DNA of 46,209 bases, taken from NCBI GenBank assembly GCA_000934665.2, contig KZ538435.1, forward strand, positions 62,001 through 108,209, given 5' to 3'. The stretch comes from Catajapyx aquilonaris (lineage: Eukaryota). Positions 1 through 11,572 of this stretch are shown here, one piece after another (within the stretch, counting starts at the first letter, position 1; each line of letters opens with the position of its first letter). The position numbers and the translations under genes are program-made. The notes beneath the pieces are model-generated. The model did no database searches. It had not been told where the DNA came from and was given only the letters and a program-made list of their open reading frames with translations.

Positions 1-1063
1 GACTGCATTAGTTTATTCCTAGTCCAAGCTAAGACTGGAGAGTGCAAGAGTGGTGTATGTGGTATAAGGGTTTCATACACCAGCTTACATCGTGACGTGT
101 TACACTATACACTCTGACGTCAGTACACTATCACTTATTCTACACCGGCCGTTAAAGGAACAGACTATCTGATTTTTGAAATCACCCATGTGCAGGTAGC
201 CCGCCGGAATGCGACCAGCACAACAATAACGGGCAGGCTATTGACCAGCACAGCGATGCGTCCAATTGACACTATGTAGAACGTCTAAATGACATTTTCA
301 TTCGTGATTTGTCTGATCCTTCCTTTATCATGCAGGGTGATTAATGGCTGTTTCAGTAGCCTACCTCTGCTTGACCTTTGTTTATTTGGGCGCGAGCTGT
401 AGACTAGCATTCAACTTTGTCTCTCGTGACCTGAGTCACGTCATGTCTAGAGAAATATTCACCCCCCCCCCCNCCCCCCCCAGAACAATGCGAGTTGCAT
501 AACTTAACCGTGAGTGATCATATATAGAGAATGAATCAATTAGTAAATGATAAAACTCGCTAGTATCTTTCGTGATGGGATTGAGCATTTCAGTAAGCTA
601 GTTTCAATGCTATTATTGTACTGGCAAGTTTAATGCATTTTTGATATTGGTGATTGCCGAGAAGCTGATAAGGTTGTATCAAGCAATTATTAAGCAGTTA
701 CTTTGAACTGTAACTTGGACATTGTTGAAGTTCATTGTTGCCATTGTCATAAGTAATATTGTCTGATTGCAAAAATAATTCATTGAATTTATTACTGCAC
801 CAGGTTGCCACAGGGTGACTGGTAAGGTCAGGAACAGGAGGCTTATAAATCTCCAAGGTAAGAGTAAATTGCATCGGAAACGTCTTTAGTAAATTCTGAA
901 TCTGTATTTTGCCATATACCATCACACATGCGACATGCCACACTACGTAGTTCCCATTACACAATGTAATGGCCGGAATGCCACCTTGTCACATGTTCCT
1001 GTGACAAGGTGGACTTGAAGTACGTGGTCCCGAACACTAAGATGTAAGACGCCTGGTATATTA

Positions 1064-1192
<129 letters not shown>

Positions 1193-1235
1193 TGTGGGTA
1201 GAGCTTCTGACCCCTTGGATACAAGCACTTTGACC

Positions 1236-1529
1236 TTTATTTATTTTTTATTGATCGGTGTTACATTTTTGGTGCATATTCATTTGAATCGCCCGGGCCC
1301 ACGGGCAGGATGACAGGAGGGGGTATGCAATGGGCAGTGCAAAGTTTCCAAGCTGGTACATAATTTGTGAACTCCCCCGGGTGGATATGTCTAGCGGACA
1401 TTCCACCCGAGACGTAGCCAGAGACGACCCAACTTTGCACGAGATGAAGGGGGTGTCCCTGGGCTGGGATCTAACCCCGGACCTTAACATCCGTGGGCGC
1501 ATACGTTACCGCAGCGCCACTCCGTCTCC
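1236..1529 (-). mobile_element. tRNA-derived SINE, family A head/body with a different (LINE-like, AATAAA-ending) 3' tail
   Basis: Reverse complement reads GGAGACGGAGTGGCGCTGCGGTAACGTATGCGCCCACGGATGTTAAGGTCCGGGGTTAGATCCC..., collinear with the copy at 5870 through ...CCACCCGGGGGAGTTCACAAA. It then diverges into ...AATGTAACACCGATCAATAAAAAATAAATAAA. Pol III A- and B-box-like motifs are present. No clear TSD. Confidence 0.85.
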
Positions 1530-1533
1530 ATAA

Positions 1534-1927
1534 TGGGTCTGTCACACAGGCGTTCCGTTCGCTCGCCCCGAAAAATGTCGCTGCGATCGCTGTGCCCAAA
1601 CTTGTCAGACATGCGCTGACTCGGTCGTAGGGTTTAGCAGGAGAAGTGAAAGGCGACCTCGCCTCCGGGAACACGTGGGTCATGATGGCAGGGGTGGTTG
1701 GGGTGGGCAGCTGGGGGGAAAAGGTCTCGGCCAATCGGAGCCCGACGAGCCTCTGGAGGTAAACGCAGCGCGGGGCTCTTGTCTCGCTGCGTCACCACCA
1801 ATATCTCCCAATTTCCTCGACCGACGAGACCCCCAGGGCACAGCGGAGCGCAACGCTCGCCTGTGTGACCCATGCGCGCGAAGCGAGCGGGGCGACGAGC
1901 GAACGGAACGCCTGTCTGACAGACCCA
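1534..1927. mobile_element. MITE with ~40-bp terminal inverted repeats (PIF/Harbinger-like)
   Basis: Left TGGGTCTGTCACACAGGCGTTCCGTTCGCTCGCCCCG vs reverse complement of right end TGGGTCTGTCAGACAGGCGTTCCGTTCGCTCGTCGCCCCG. Flanks are TAA (1531-1533) and TGA (1928-1930), compatible with a mutated TWA TSD. Extra internal inverted match CGCTGTGCCC/GGGCACAGCG. Superfamily is inferred. Confidence 0.8.
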
Positions 1928-3299
1928 TGAGACATATGGTATAAAGCAGTGATCAGCGATAGTTTTCACGGTGCTGCTTGTCCTCAGCTCACTATAGCGC
2001 AAAGAGAATTAATCCAAAAAATTCTTTAGATTTCAAATGCTCGTTTTTTTACCTTCATAGACAACAATACAATGGGAGACGCATTTCGTGCGATTGTGAA
2101 ACGCTGTCAACTTATACTGGTCCTAAAGTGTATTGTGTGAAAGATGTCAAAAGAGAAGACACAAGTATAAATATAGCCATATGTATTATTCTAATCATAA
2201 TATACACTAGTTATATACCGTATATTTTGAAACATTACTTCATAAACACTTTGACCAGTATAATAGCATACCCGGCAATTTATATTAGCAGTTTCGGCTC
2301 CAGACAAACATGATAAACGTTTTTTCTTATGTATTTGAAAGTTTAAATATTGCAAGTAATATTTCAAACCCTCATTTTCACCACTCATACACCAGACAGG
2401 AAACACTGGGTTTCTCATGTGCATCTGAAATTATTTGACACAATCTTTACTAAATATTGTGGTAGACTATACAGCGACAAAATCTAACCTGGGCAGTTCC
2501 TTTTGTGGTTATTTGCAGAATAGACCCCTAGAAAAGTGTCTTGTATCAACCTAAAAAGGCCTGTAACCGAATAATTAAAATGCGTGAAAAATTGAAGCGG
2601 TGCCTCAAGAATCAGAATCAATTTGAATCCAAATAATTATGTTATCATTTTAACTAATAAGTAACAAATGCATGACATAATCAAATGTTATACATGTTAG
2701 ACTTGTATTTATAAAAGAAGGGTTTACTCAACTAGAGCACTTATATTCTTCCAGGAAGTATAGGCATATTACAATGCATAATTATGCAGCACATTATTGT
2801 GAGGCACTTGTATCGCTCAAAAAAAATATAGACGACGTTGAATAAAATATATTTCATTTCAATTAACTATGTTCTCCGACTTTTTTGACGATTTAGTAAG
2901 CCTACGTTGAGCTACACTAGCTTGACACTATAATGCCTAAGTTTCCCATACGGAACATTTTTGCTTACGAATAGCTATTCCGTCATTCTTGTTGTTTGCG
3001 AAGTTAGGTAACGGATAATATGGGAAAATAGCTGACGTCACACACACTTAGTAGTAAGTCTACATCATTTAGCAAGCAGCCAGCTCTGTCTGAAGAGTGA
3101 TGCTTGGTGGGCTGTCAAAGTGGAGTGTTGATCACACTCACTGAGCATGTGTAGTGTGTTAAATGTGATGGGTTGGGTAGAGACACTCAGATCACAGTTG
3201 AAGTAATCCTTTAGTAGCCCTCCTGTCGTTACTAGTGTCCTGAGCGCTCCACTATACTGGCCATCCTGGCCCTTCCACATACCACAATCCCCAGTGGCA

Positions 3300-4200
3300 T
3301 CCGCCGGTTGTTCCGGAATGTTAAATCCAGTACCAATGGCATTATGGAGTTGGGAAAATTAAGCTCTCCACCAGCACACACGCTGGCATATGCTTGGGTA
3401 CCAAGGAAACTCTCTTTCCCGCAGCTCGATGCGGCCAGAACAACATTGGAGGCCGCATTATTCGGGACATATTTCCAATGGTACCGGCAAAATTAAATTA
3501 GCATTAGCAGTGGCTGCATCAAAACATCGGATTCGGCTGGGCCCCCCAAAAAAGTCACGATTTGGAAAATCAACCATCAGCATGCAAAATGTGGTTCGGT
3601 TCCCTCTCAAAGGGTTGCTTCATCCAGCTGGCCTATGCTATAATTCTTTGGAGAACATGCCATTAATTCCGAATCCATAGAGCACAGTTTGCCAAATTAA
3701 GAGGATTACCGTGATTGATTTTCCAATTAAAATTGCACAGTGCGGCTGGAACATCGATGGCCACGTCGAATGTACACACCGGACCCAATGAAAATGTTTA
3801 GGCAAAAAATTAATGGCCCAAGTATCCACTCTGGCAGAGTTGCGCATTTTGGTCAACATTCCTGACCACTGACTCCAATCAATGGGAGAGGAGAGGGGGT
3901 ACTGTAAGGATCGGTGGGATCCAGACACATGTCCTGGTGCAACCCGCCAAACTCCTCGCCACTAGGGGAATCAGACCAGATTTAGACTCTCCAACAGCTT
4001 CACAACTCGCTCAAAAGAAAATTTTCCAAGATGGCAAGAAACCAATTTCCTCTTGTCAACAAAGGATTCAACGTATATCTCTTTCGACGGTCACCAGCTT
4101 TTGTAAATACGCTAAATGCACTTGAGGACACTACTGCACACTGTGCACAGCCTGTAGGTTCCGCAGATATACATAACTACACCTGCGGAAACTATAGGAT
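3300..4200 (+). pseudogene. Possible highly decayed non-LTR retrotransposon (Tx1/L1-like) ORF2 C-terminal region
   Basis: Motif fragments scattered over frames in the expected order: PPAH..WVPRKL, LLHP..LWR, PNE..AK, CAF.GQH..DH*LQ.GE (zinc-knuckle-like), IRPD, LFRR, GNY. Many stops and frameshifts; matched by eye only. Confidence 0.3.
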
Positions 4201-4697
4201 GTACAGTACCTAAATCAGTTTCAGGAGTACTATCAGTCTGCATGGCGATTGTCCACGAGTTTCCATTCACCATGTATACTGGATTATTTAGTACTCCAAG
4301 TAACAGCTTGAAAGTACGAATAGGCACTGTCTCATCCATAGGCTATATCGCTTTCCATATTCCAACCCAAACGCGATAAATTATTACGACGACAAGGCTC
4401 TCGCAAATACTAGGAGTCATTTATTAATGCATACAGAGTAAATTCCGGGAAACCTTGTGTCAAATCCATGACTGCTTTGGGTCTTCGCGAGGGTCTTGGG
4501 CCGAACTTGTTTGGGTTAGGGTAGGTACAGTAGCAGAGCCGGCCCTGGGGGGGGGGGGGGGGNGGGGGTGGGGGGGCGAAGGGGCCCCTGCCCCAGGCCT
4601 CGCGCTTGGGAAGACAACGGGAAACTTACGGAATTGTACAAAACTGAGAAATCCCCCGCATACTGTCGTTCTTTCATTGTCCTACTTAAAAATTTAA

Positions 4698-4730
<33 letters not shown>
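4698..4730. repeat. (AAT)11 microsatellite
   Basis: Directly visible. Confidence 0.95.
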
Positions 4731-5045
4731 TAAAAAAAATCCTTCCTGCATCATATGCCAGATTCTTGAAACGAACACGTCTGGTTAAAAAGGACTCCCC
4801 AACCTAAACTACGTTATCTGATAACAACATATGCGAGCCTTCGCCTTCGATAAGTGCAGCGAGGCATTACTGCTTCCCCCTCAGTGGGGTCTCCCTCCCT
4901 AATTACTGCCAGGCCCCGCGCTTCCAAAAATCCAAATTATTCATTACTAATTCATAATTTTTTGGAAAAAGTGCTACCAATTTCATCAATACACACTCAT
5001 TCAAATCTACCACATTCAACTTAGAAGCTCATAACCTTGAACCCC

Positions 5046-5169
5046 NNNNNNNNNNNNNNNNNNNNNNNNNNNNNNNNNNNNNNNNNNNNNNNNNNNNNNN
5101 NNNNNNNNNNNNNNNNNNNNNNNNNNNNNNNNNNNNNNNNNNNNNNNNNNNNNNNNNNNNNNNNNNNNN
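5046..5169. other. Assembly gap (N run)
   Basis: Run of N characters. Confidence 1.
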
Positions 5170-5714
5170 TCCTGATCAATGTTGGATAGGGACATTTCGA
5201 GGTAGGACCTACAGGGAGCATGCTAATTGCTATTCATCGAAGAGGCTAGAAGACTGCTGTGAGAGAAACCTCGCTTCCTTACATTGACCCAATGAATGTT
5301 GAAGTGCAGCTGGAGGAAACTCCAGATGACAACCTTCAAGGAGTAGAATTTGAACCAGATGAATAGGTAATATAGATTAATAGATAATTTAATGCAATAA
5401 CCATTGAGTTCCTGAGACTTATTGTAGTCTACTACTCCCCCTATTACCTGCGGAGGTCATTAGCATGTTCCCTGTATAGGTCCTACCTCGAAATGTCCCT
5501 ATCCAACATTGATCAGGATGGTCTGGGCTGCAACATATCCAATTTTCAGCCAAATCGAACGGAAAACCAGATCATATCCCATATGACCTTCGGAGGTCAA
5601 TAGCAGGCTCCCTGTAGGTCCTACCTCGAAATGTCCCTATCTAATATTGATCAGGATGGTCTGGGCCACAACATATCCAATTTTCAGGCAAATCGAACGG
5701 AAGGCCACTCGCCC
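5170..5714. repeat. Foldback-like nested element: ~140-bp unit present twice in tandem (~5450-5714) and once inverted (5170-5228, truncated by the gap)
   Basis: Unit core TAGGTCCTACCTCGAAATGTCCCTATC(C/T)AA(C/T)ATTGATCAGGATGGTCTGGGC...CAACATATCCAATTTTCAG(C/G)CAAATCGAACGGAA at ~5477 and ~5615. Its reverse complement TCCTGATCAATGTTGGATAGGGACATTTCGAGGTAGGACCTA is at 5170. Confidence 0.85.
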
Positions 5715-5869
5715 ATATATTTTGTGCCTCCTCCTCTGTTGGATACGCAATTCGTGTTGTTCATAAATTCACTCAGTGAGAATATTGGCCCCGCATTTAG
5801 TTCTTGCGCTAGGTCCCGCACCGACCTAGGTCCGGCCCTGTGCAGTAGCCTAATATAGCCTTCACGCAG

Positions 5870-6202
5870 GGAGACGGAGTGGCGCCGCGGTAACGCGTGC
5901 GCCCACGGAAGTTAAGGTCCCGGGTTCAATCCCCACCCGGGGTTCCCACCTTCTTTCGTGCAGAGTTGGGCCATCTCTGGCTTCGTTTCGGGTGGCAATT
6001 TCCGATAGACTAAGCCACCCGGGGGAGTTCACAAAATGACCAATTAACGACAGCGCACATGCACTTTGCACATACCCTCCTAACTACCTTGGAGTATACT
6101 AATAAGATTATTCTTAACTCGCTCCAAAAAAAACAAATACCAATGGTGGTAATCCACCACCCCCTATAGACCTAAAACAGGTCATCACGGGGTAAATGAA
6201 AG
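5870..6202 (+). mobile_element. tRNA-derived SINE, family A, full length
   Basis: A-box-like TGGCGCCGCGG, B box GGTTCAATCCC, tail ending ATCACGGGGTAAA. Perfect 18-bp TSD AATATAGCCTTCACGCAG at 5852-5869 and 6203-6220. Confidence 0.93.
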
Positions 6203-6216
6203 AATATAGCCTTCAC

Positions 6217-6392
6217 GCAGTTCACGCCTGCAGCCCTATTTTGATGCAACCCACTTCGGATCATCAACATAGATAGCTGAGGGTGATTTAAAACTAAGAA
6301 AGACGCGGAAGGAAGCATCTAATCGCCCTCAGTTATCGCTGTGGGTGATCCGGAGTGGGTTGCATCCCAATAAATCTGTGGGTGTGATCTGC
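6217..6392. mobile_element. Short palindromic MITE / long imperfect hairpin
   Basis: GATGCAACCCACTTCGGATCATCAACATAGATAGCTGAGGGTGATT pairs with AATCGCCCTCAGTTATCGCTGTGGGTGATCCGGAGTGGGTTGCATC. The arms extend imperfectly to ~70 bp around a ~30-nt spacer. Confidence 0.75.
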
Positions 6393-8263
6393 TTTGTAAC
6401 AGAATATGGGCGATGTAGGATAATAATTAGGCGGCGGGTCAGGATTCCACGAGTGGTTGATTGCAGTATATCAATGTTTTTAACAGCCTGAAATTCATTT
6501 CATTCTGGTTTAAATCGTAAGCGGTATGTCGTCTGCATTCGCAGCACACCCTTGCTGTGATTTAATTCTGTAAATGCTGCAGTAAATATTTTGTCAAATA
6601 TTTTTCTAGCATATAATCGAGTAAATCCCTTCATTAGCAGTAATACATAAATACACACCGAACTCAAACATGGAATGCCTTAAACTTCCAGATTAGAATA
6701 CTGGCACACACACACCAACTGGAGTCCGCTATTACAAAAAAAGAAGAAAACATTGCCAAATTGTCGTCAAAACTGACAATTACAACTTTCTATCACTATT
6801 TTCATTGAAACGTTAAGACAACCATTGAACTCTTGAAGTACAACTCGTCGGTATGTTAGATTCCTCCTTTCCCAACCAGACATCACCTTTCCCTAAAGCA
6901 TTCTGCAAGAGATTTGACGCGTCCACAGCCCTTAGAATGCATGCGAATCCCTCTCTCCTTCCCGCCCTCTCCAGGGGAAGGAATCGACGAGTGCAGCTGT
7001 CGGCCTTCACCAAAAACCATGATCATGGTGCCAGGTGATGAACCCCCTCGTCGCTACGCCCGACCAACGACGTCGTTGCCAACATCCCCCCGCCCTGCCC
7101 CACCTCGCTTTATCGCCTCGTTCTCCCCTCCGCACCTCGTACCCGTCTGACTCACCTGCTTGCACTCCGGCATATACAACTCTGCCGAGACAAACATTCA
7201 AGCCTGCTTGTCGATTTGATTTCGTCTCGACAATGTCTCCCAGAATTATTGGAACAGGCAAACAAAAAGTGTAGTGTTGCATATAAAAAATTTATATAAT
7301 CAGCTATGGAGGGTTGGGGCTATATGCAGTGCCTCTCTGGCGGGGCGTTAAAGCGTAGGACAAAAGGGCTGCTAGCAATTCGAGTCAAATGTCGGATTAT
7401 TCGGGATTTACAGTCATTTGGAGCGGACCTGCAGGCATTAAACATTCGACCGTTCCTGATGTGTGAATCTCGTTGGACATGGGCTACGGAGCCGGGCACT
7501 CATTCTACACTGGACAATACGTTTTTATAGGATCAGCCGGCGTAGTGGCAGTTTTGCTACAGTGAGCAAGTGATTTTGTAAAAGGGGAAAGTGTAACAAA
7601 TAAGGAATTTTATATTGGGTGTGATGTTATTAAAATGTGGAACCCGAATAAGATCAATAACAGTGTTTGTTTCAATTCACCTTGTTGTTTAGTTAATTGT
7701 ATTGTAGATTATATGATTTCATTTGTTGCCGACAGAAAGGTATAGCAGGTAAAGAAAAATAATATGGAACCTGCTTTATTCTGGCCATTCATTGACCAAA
7801 AATAAACCACTTAAAACCTTGGTCGGGATAGCCGGCATCATCAGAATCTAATTTGGGCGATGACAGGGATAATCCCGAATGACACTCTTAACTCCAAATG
7901 AGACTCTGGACGCTGCGGATTTTGGGTGCAAATCATGGAATTTACAGGCCTGAAATGGTCAGGTTCTATGAGTACTCGACACTGACATCATGCTAAAGTA
8001 AAATTATTTATTCCAGTGTGAGAGATTTTCTGAATTTGTAGACTAGGCAGGAATATATTCAAAACCTACTTGATTAAATTATAAATGCAGATATTTCGTG
8101 TTTGGTGTCATTATAGAAATGACTGGATAGTTCTCACATTACAGAATATTCCCCACTTTTACTGATAATTTCACCTTTTATGCTTCAGGTTTACACGTTT
8201 TGATATCCTGGGTGTTCATTGAACTTATTATATGCATGTCTTCGTAACTGTAGGCTACAAGTA

Positions 8264-9551
8264 CGAGGACGAGTCAAAACAAATTGGGACTGATTTTTTA
8301 TGTGATAAGGAGAATTAGTTTATGACTTTTCGGGAGTGACCGAAGCAGGTTGGTGTAATGGATATGGAGTCCGCCTGCTAATCGGGAGGTCCTGGGCTCG
8401 AATCCCGGGGCCAGCTATCCTAACCGGGGTTTGCTGTTGTTTCTCACGGTCCCTCCAGGATAATTCCGGGGTCGTTTCCGTAAAAATAGGCCACAGCCGC
8501 TTCCTTCCGTCCCTATCCTTGGCCCCACCCATGTGTGAAGTAAGAGTCAGAAATATCGAAGAAAACTGACGGTGGTATGCCACACCCCTCAAAAAGCTCC
8601 GCCCTATCACGGGGTAAAAAAAAAAGGAAAAGAAAAAACACTTTTCGCGAGTGGCATCGTGTCCAGAATGGCTTGAAGTATTAGATCACCAATTTTTCTA
8701 GCAATTTTTGTTTGAATATTCCAAAATCCCAAGCGACAGTGACACCGAAAGTAAGCCTACTAAATATAGGTTTGCCTTCGCCTCCGCTCTGGCAGGAGGT
8801 TGGTAGTGAGGACCAACATTCAGTGTTGATGTTTCTCTTTAGTTTAAAGTCAACAGCGACGTAGGCATACGGCATGCTAAGAGAGGTGCTGTATGGTGAA
8901 GAAGTGTTCCACAGCATTCCGTTGGTACAATAGGCATTCAGCGAGTCAGTAGTAAGCTTTCAAAGACGCAGGTCTGCAGACTCTCATCATAGTTCTGACA
9001 TAGGACCTCATTAACACCACCTGTGTAGTGATTGTTCAGGAAGTACGCCTCATATCCGTCGATGGCCTTGCCAGAATGTGTGGTATTTCCCATGGTAGTG
9101 CCCACGCAATTTTGCACTGACCATTTGCACATATGACTAGTTTGTACCCGGTGCGAGGAGTCCTCAGGTTGTTTACTCCATGGAGAGGCAGATGCGGGTG
9201 GAGGTTTGTGACGAGTTTCAATCTCTTGCGGCCTCACATGGTGACCAGTATCTGCTGTCCACAATCTTAGCATGTGTACTGTACACCTCTGTGGCTGTTT
9301 TCTTCAAATAGAAGCAAAACCTCAACATTGAATATTGGCCCTCACTGCCAACCTCCTGGAAGAGCGGAGGCGAATATAAAGCAAGGCCTACTTCCAGTGT
9401 CACTGTCGCTTGGGATTTTAGAATATTCGAACAAAAATTGGTGAACTAATACTTCAAGCCATTCTGGACACGATGTCACTCAAGAAAAGTCATGAACTAA
9501 CTTTCTTTATCTCATAAAAAATCAGCCCCAATTTATTTTGACTCGTCCTCG
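8264..9551 (-). mobile_element. Non-autonomous mariner element with ~240-bp inverted arms and decayed transposase
   Basis: TA|CGAGGACGAGTCAAAA ... TTTTGACTCGTCCTCG|TA (TA TSD). Minus-strand remnants SEGQYSMLRFCFYLKKTATEVY (mariner N-terminal helix, cf. EQRxxIKFCxxLGKSATET) and WNTSSPYSTSLS (cf. WExLPHPPYSPDLAP). The left arm is interrupted by a SINE. Confidence 0.9.
8339..8639 (+). mobile_element. tRNA-derived SINE, family B (Lm1/Talua-like central domain), inserted in the mariner left arm
   Basis: A-box TGGTGTAATGG, B-box-like GGCTCGAATCCC. Central GTCCCTCCAGGATAATTCCGGGG...AGGCCACAGCCGCTTCCTTCC resembles orthopteran/termite SINE cores (from memory). Tail ATCACGGGGT followed by an A-rich run. 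14-bp TSD ACTTTTCG(G/C)GAGTG at 8325-8338 and 8640-8653. Confidence 0.9.
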
Positions 9552-9567
9552 TATAATGAGTAAACGA

Positions 9568-9907
9568 GGGGAGGTGTAGATGGCCGAGATGGTAACGTCT
9601 CGGCTTGCTGAGTAAAAGGCCCCAGGTTCGATCCCCGCCTGGAGAACTTTCCTTTCACCTGCGTCAGGAGGGTCTCTTAACTGCACCACGGAGGTGTCTG
9701 GCAACCTAACCTCCTGGGGGACAGCACATGACCCCTTTACCGACCTTGCACTTGCACCAATGTTCCCTCCCCAAGAAATCCCTATCCCTACCCTACATCC
9801 TTGACTCCTTGCACCGGTGATGAAGTTAAAGAAAAAATTAAGTGTAATGGTGGTATTCCACCCCCCTAAAAAGGCTAAGCCTTATCACGGGGTAACGTTA
9901 AAAAAAA
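9568..9907 (+). mobile_element. tRNA-derived SINE, family C, copy 1
   Basis: A-box TGGCCGAGATGG, B box GGTTCGATCCC, tail ATCACGGGGTAA plus poly-A. TSD GAGTAAACGA(G) at 9558 and 9908. Collinear with the copies at 11573 and 32204. Confidence 0.95.
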
Positions 9908-11572
9908 GAGTAAACGAGTCTACAGGGTGTACTCTGCCATATGATTATGTTTCGCGGACAAGAAAAATTCGAAATCAGTAAAGGAAGCTCAAGATTGATG
10001 CAAACCGCGACTCTGGACCGCCTTTAGAATACGGACTTTGTTGGCATCGCCTGGGGCGACTAATCCATCACTCAGCCAAGTTGCCACACTTGGGGAACTG
10101 TCAACTTTGGCAGAGTAACACTAGTATGGAGCAGGCATACATTCTGTATATACGGTGTTCAAAACGGGACAGTCTTTGTAAAATAGGCACATCATACTTT
10201 CTATTTAGACGTACAATCTCAGTACTGTAATTTTTCTTTTAAAAATCCAAGTGAGCTCATTCATCAGTGCAATGTTTCAGCAAGTCTCAGAAACATATAC
10301 ACAAAATTCAATCAGACCTTTAATGTATGTGCATTAGGGCATGTTCTGCAGGTGGGTTCTAATTGCGTGTGGCAGTGACGCTGGGTCCATTCAACCGTTC
10401 CGCTACGTGTGAATAGGCCATCCCAAAAAATCATACGCCACATGATTTCCAATAGATCGATCTAGAATCAGGCTGCGTGGTTACATAGTTATTCAAATAG
10501 AAACAAACTGATTCGATCCTTGCTAGGAAAATTATCAATCATTACGGTAAAATATGCTAGACATGTTTTAAATGTTTGTAAGTATAAGCAAATAGCTCAA
10601 GAAGTCGCCAAGTGTGTAATGAAAGGCAACCTCAAGTTGCCTTTTTGTATTGTACGAGTATACATATTTCTCCTGGCACGAGAATATTATTTAAAGGGAA
10701 GTTGGAATATAACAACTTAATTTCCTCGATTTACAATTTTATTGCTAATGAATATTGCTGCATGTGTTGAGAAGAAAACTCTTCAGTGAAGCAACAAATA
10801 ATTCGTCCATTCATTCATTCATTTCACTCACGGCATATTCCCATCAAGATGGAATTACCAGCGTCCAGATAATAATATTGTTAATTGTTTGTTTGTTTGA
10901 GTGGGGGAAAAGCCAAAGAGTCTGTGGCTGGATGACTATTGCATCTTATGTACAGAGATCGATTCTTCGTTTTAAATCATCAATGTAAATAAAGTTAATG
11001 TCATTCATTTTGATTATTATATGGAAATTGCATTGATGGTTTAATATTAACTAGCATCATTATTTACAAATATATTGCATTTTAAGTATCACCCAAATAA
11101 GTTAATTATTTTTCATAATTAAATTATATATTAGCTAATATGATATGATCCACTGTAGTGTACGAGACTATACAGATTGTGTTGAAAACTGTTTATACAC
11201 ACATCCATTACTTGCTCCTTCCCTCCCTTCCTGACTGTTCCTAGAAACTTATCCGTTTAATATTTTTAGCTCGAAGTAATCTGACTGTGAGTGAGAAAAG
11301 CTATAATAGACTACGGTATATCAGGATTCCCAAGTCAAGAACCCGCGACGTTGCGGACAGACCCACCTTGCTACCAAACGATGTGTAATTTCCGTGCCAA
11401 CTCGTGAATTTTCGCTTTTAGCGATCCTCCAAATCCGAACCACAATTTTTCTTCTTCTCTCAAATGAGTATTAATAGCACTTTCTCGTAATACAGTTAAG
11501 TGACGTGATAGGTAGTGCTCTTCTCTTTCTCTAAGTTAGATTCTTGTCAAGGTAATTAATTGAAGGAGATAA

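Larger units (their letters stand above)
4534..5840. mobile_element. Non-autonomous hAT-type DNA transposon (contains assembly gap and a nested repeat)
   Basis: Ends CAGAGCCGGCCCT (4534) and AGGTCCGGCCCTG (5840) are inverted. 8-bp TSD TACAGTAG (4526-4533) / TGCAGTAG (5841-5848), one mismatch. An 8-bp TSD with CAGGG-type ends is typical of hAT. Confidence 0.8.

Noticed and set aside
686..704. 19-bp exact match ATTATTAAGCAGTTACTTT to 35513-35531
   Set aside because: AT-rich, flanks do not align, and no interpretable structure.
850..1000. Minus-strand SGHYIV...DGIW resembling a ubiquitin-protease His box
   Set aside because: Short, interrupted by a stop, overlaps hairpins and has no other domain motifs.
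5450..5714. Repeat-spacer appearance (CRISPR-like)
   Set aside because: Only two long tandem units with no unique spacers, eukaryotic context and no cas genes.
9568..9645. SINE heads as genuine tRNA genes (also 5870, 8339, 11573, 32204)
   Set aside because: No complete cloverleaf or acceptor stem. Each continues into a shared body and tail and is flanked by TSDs.
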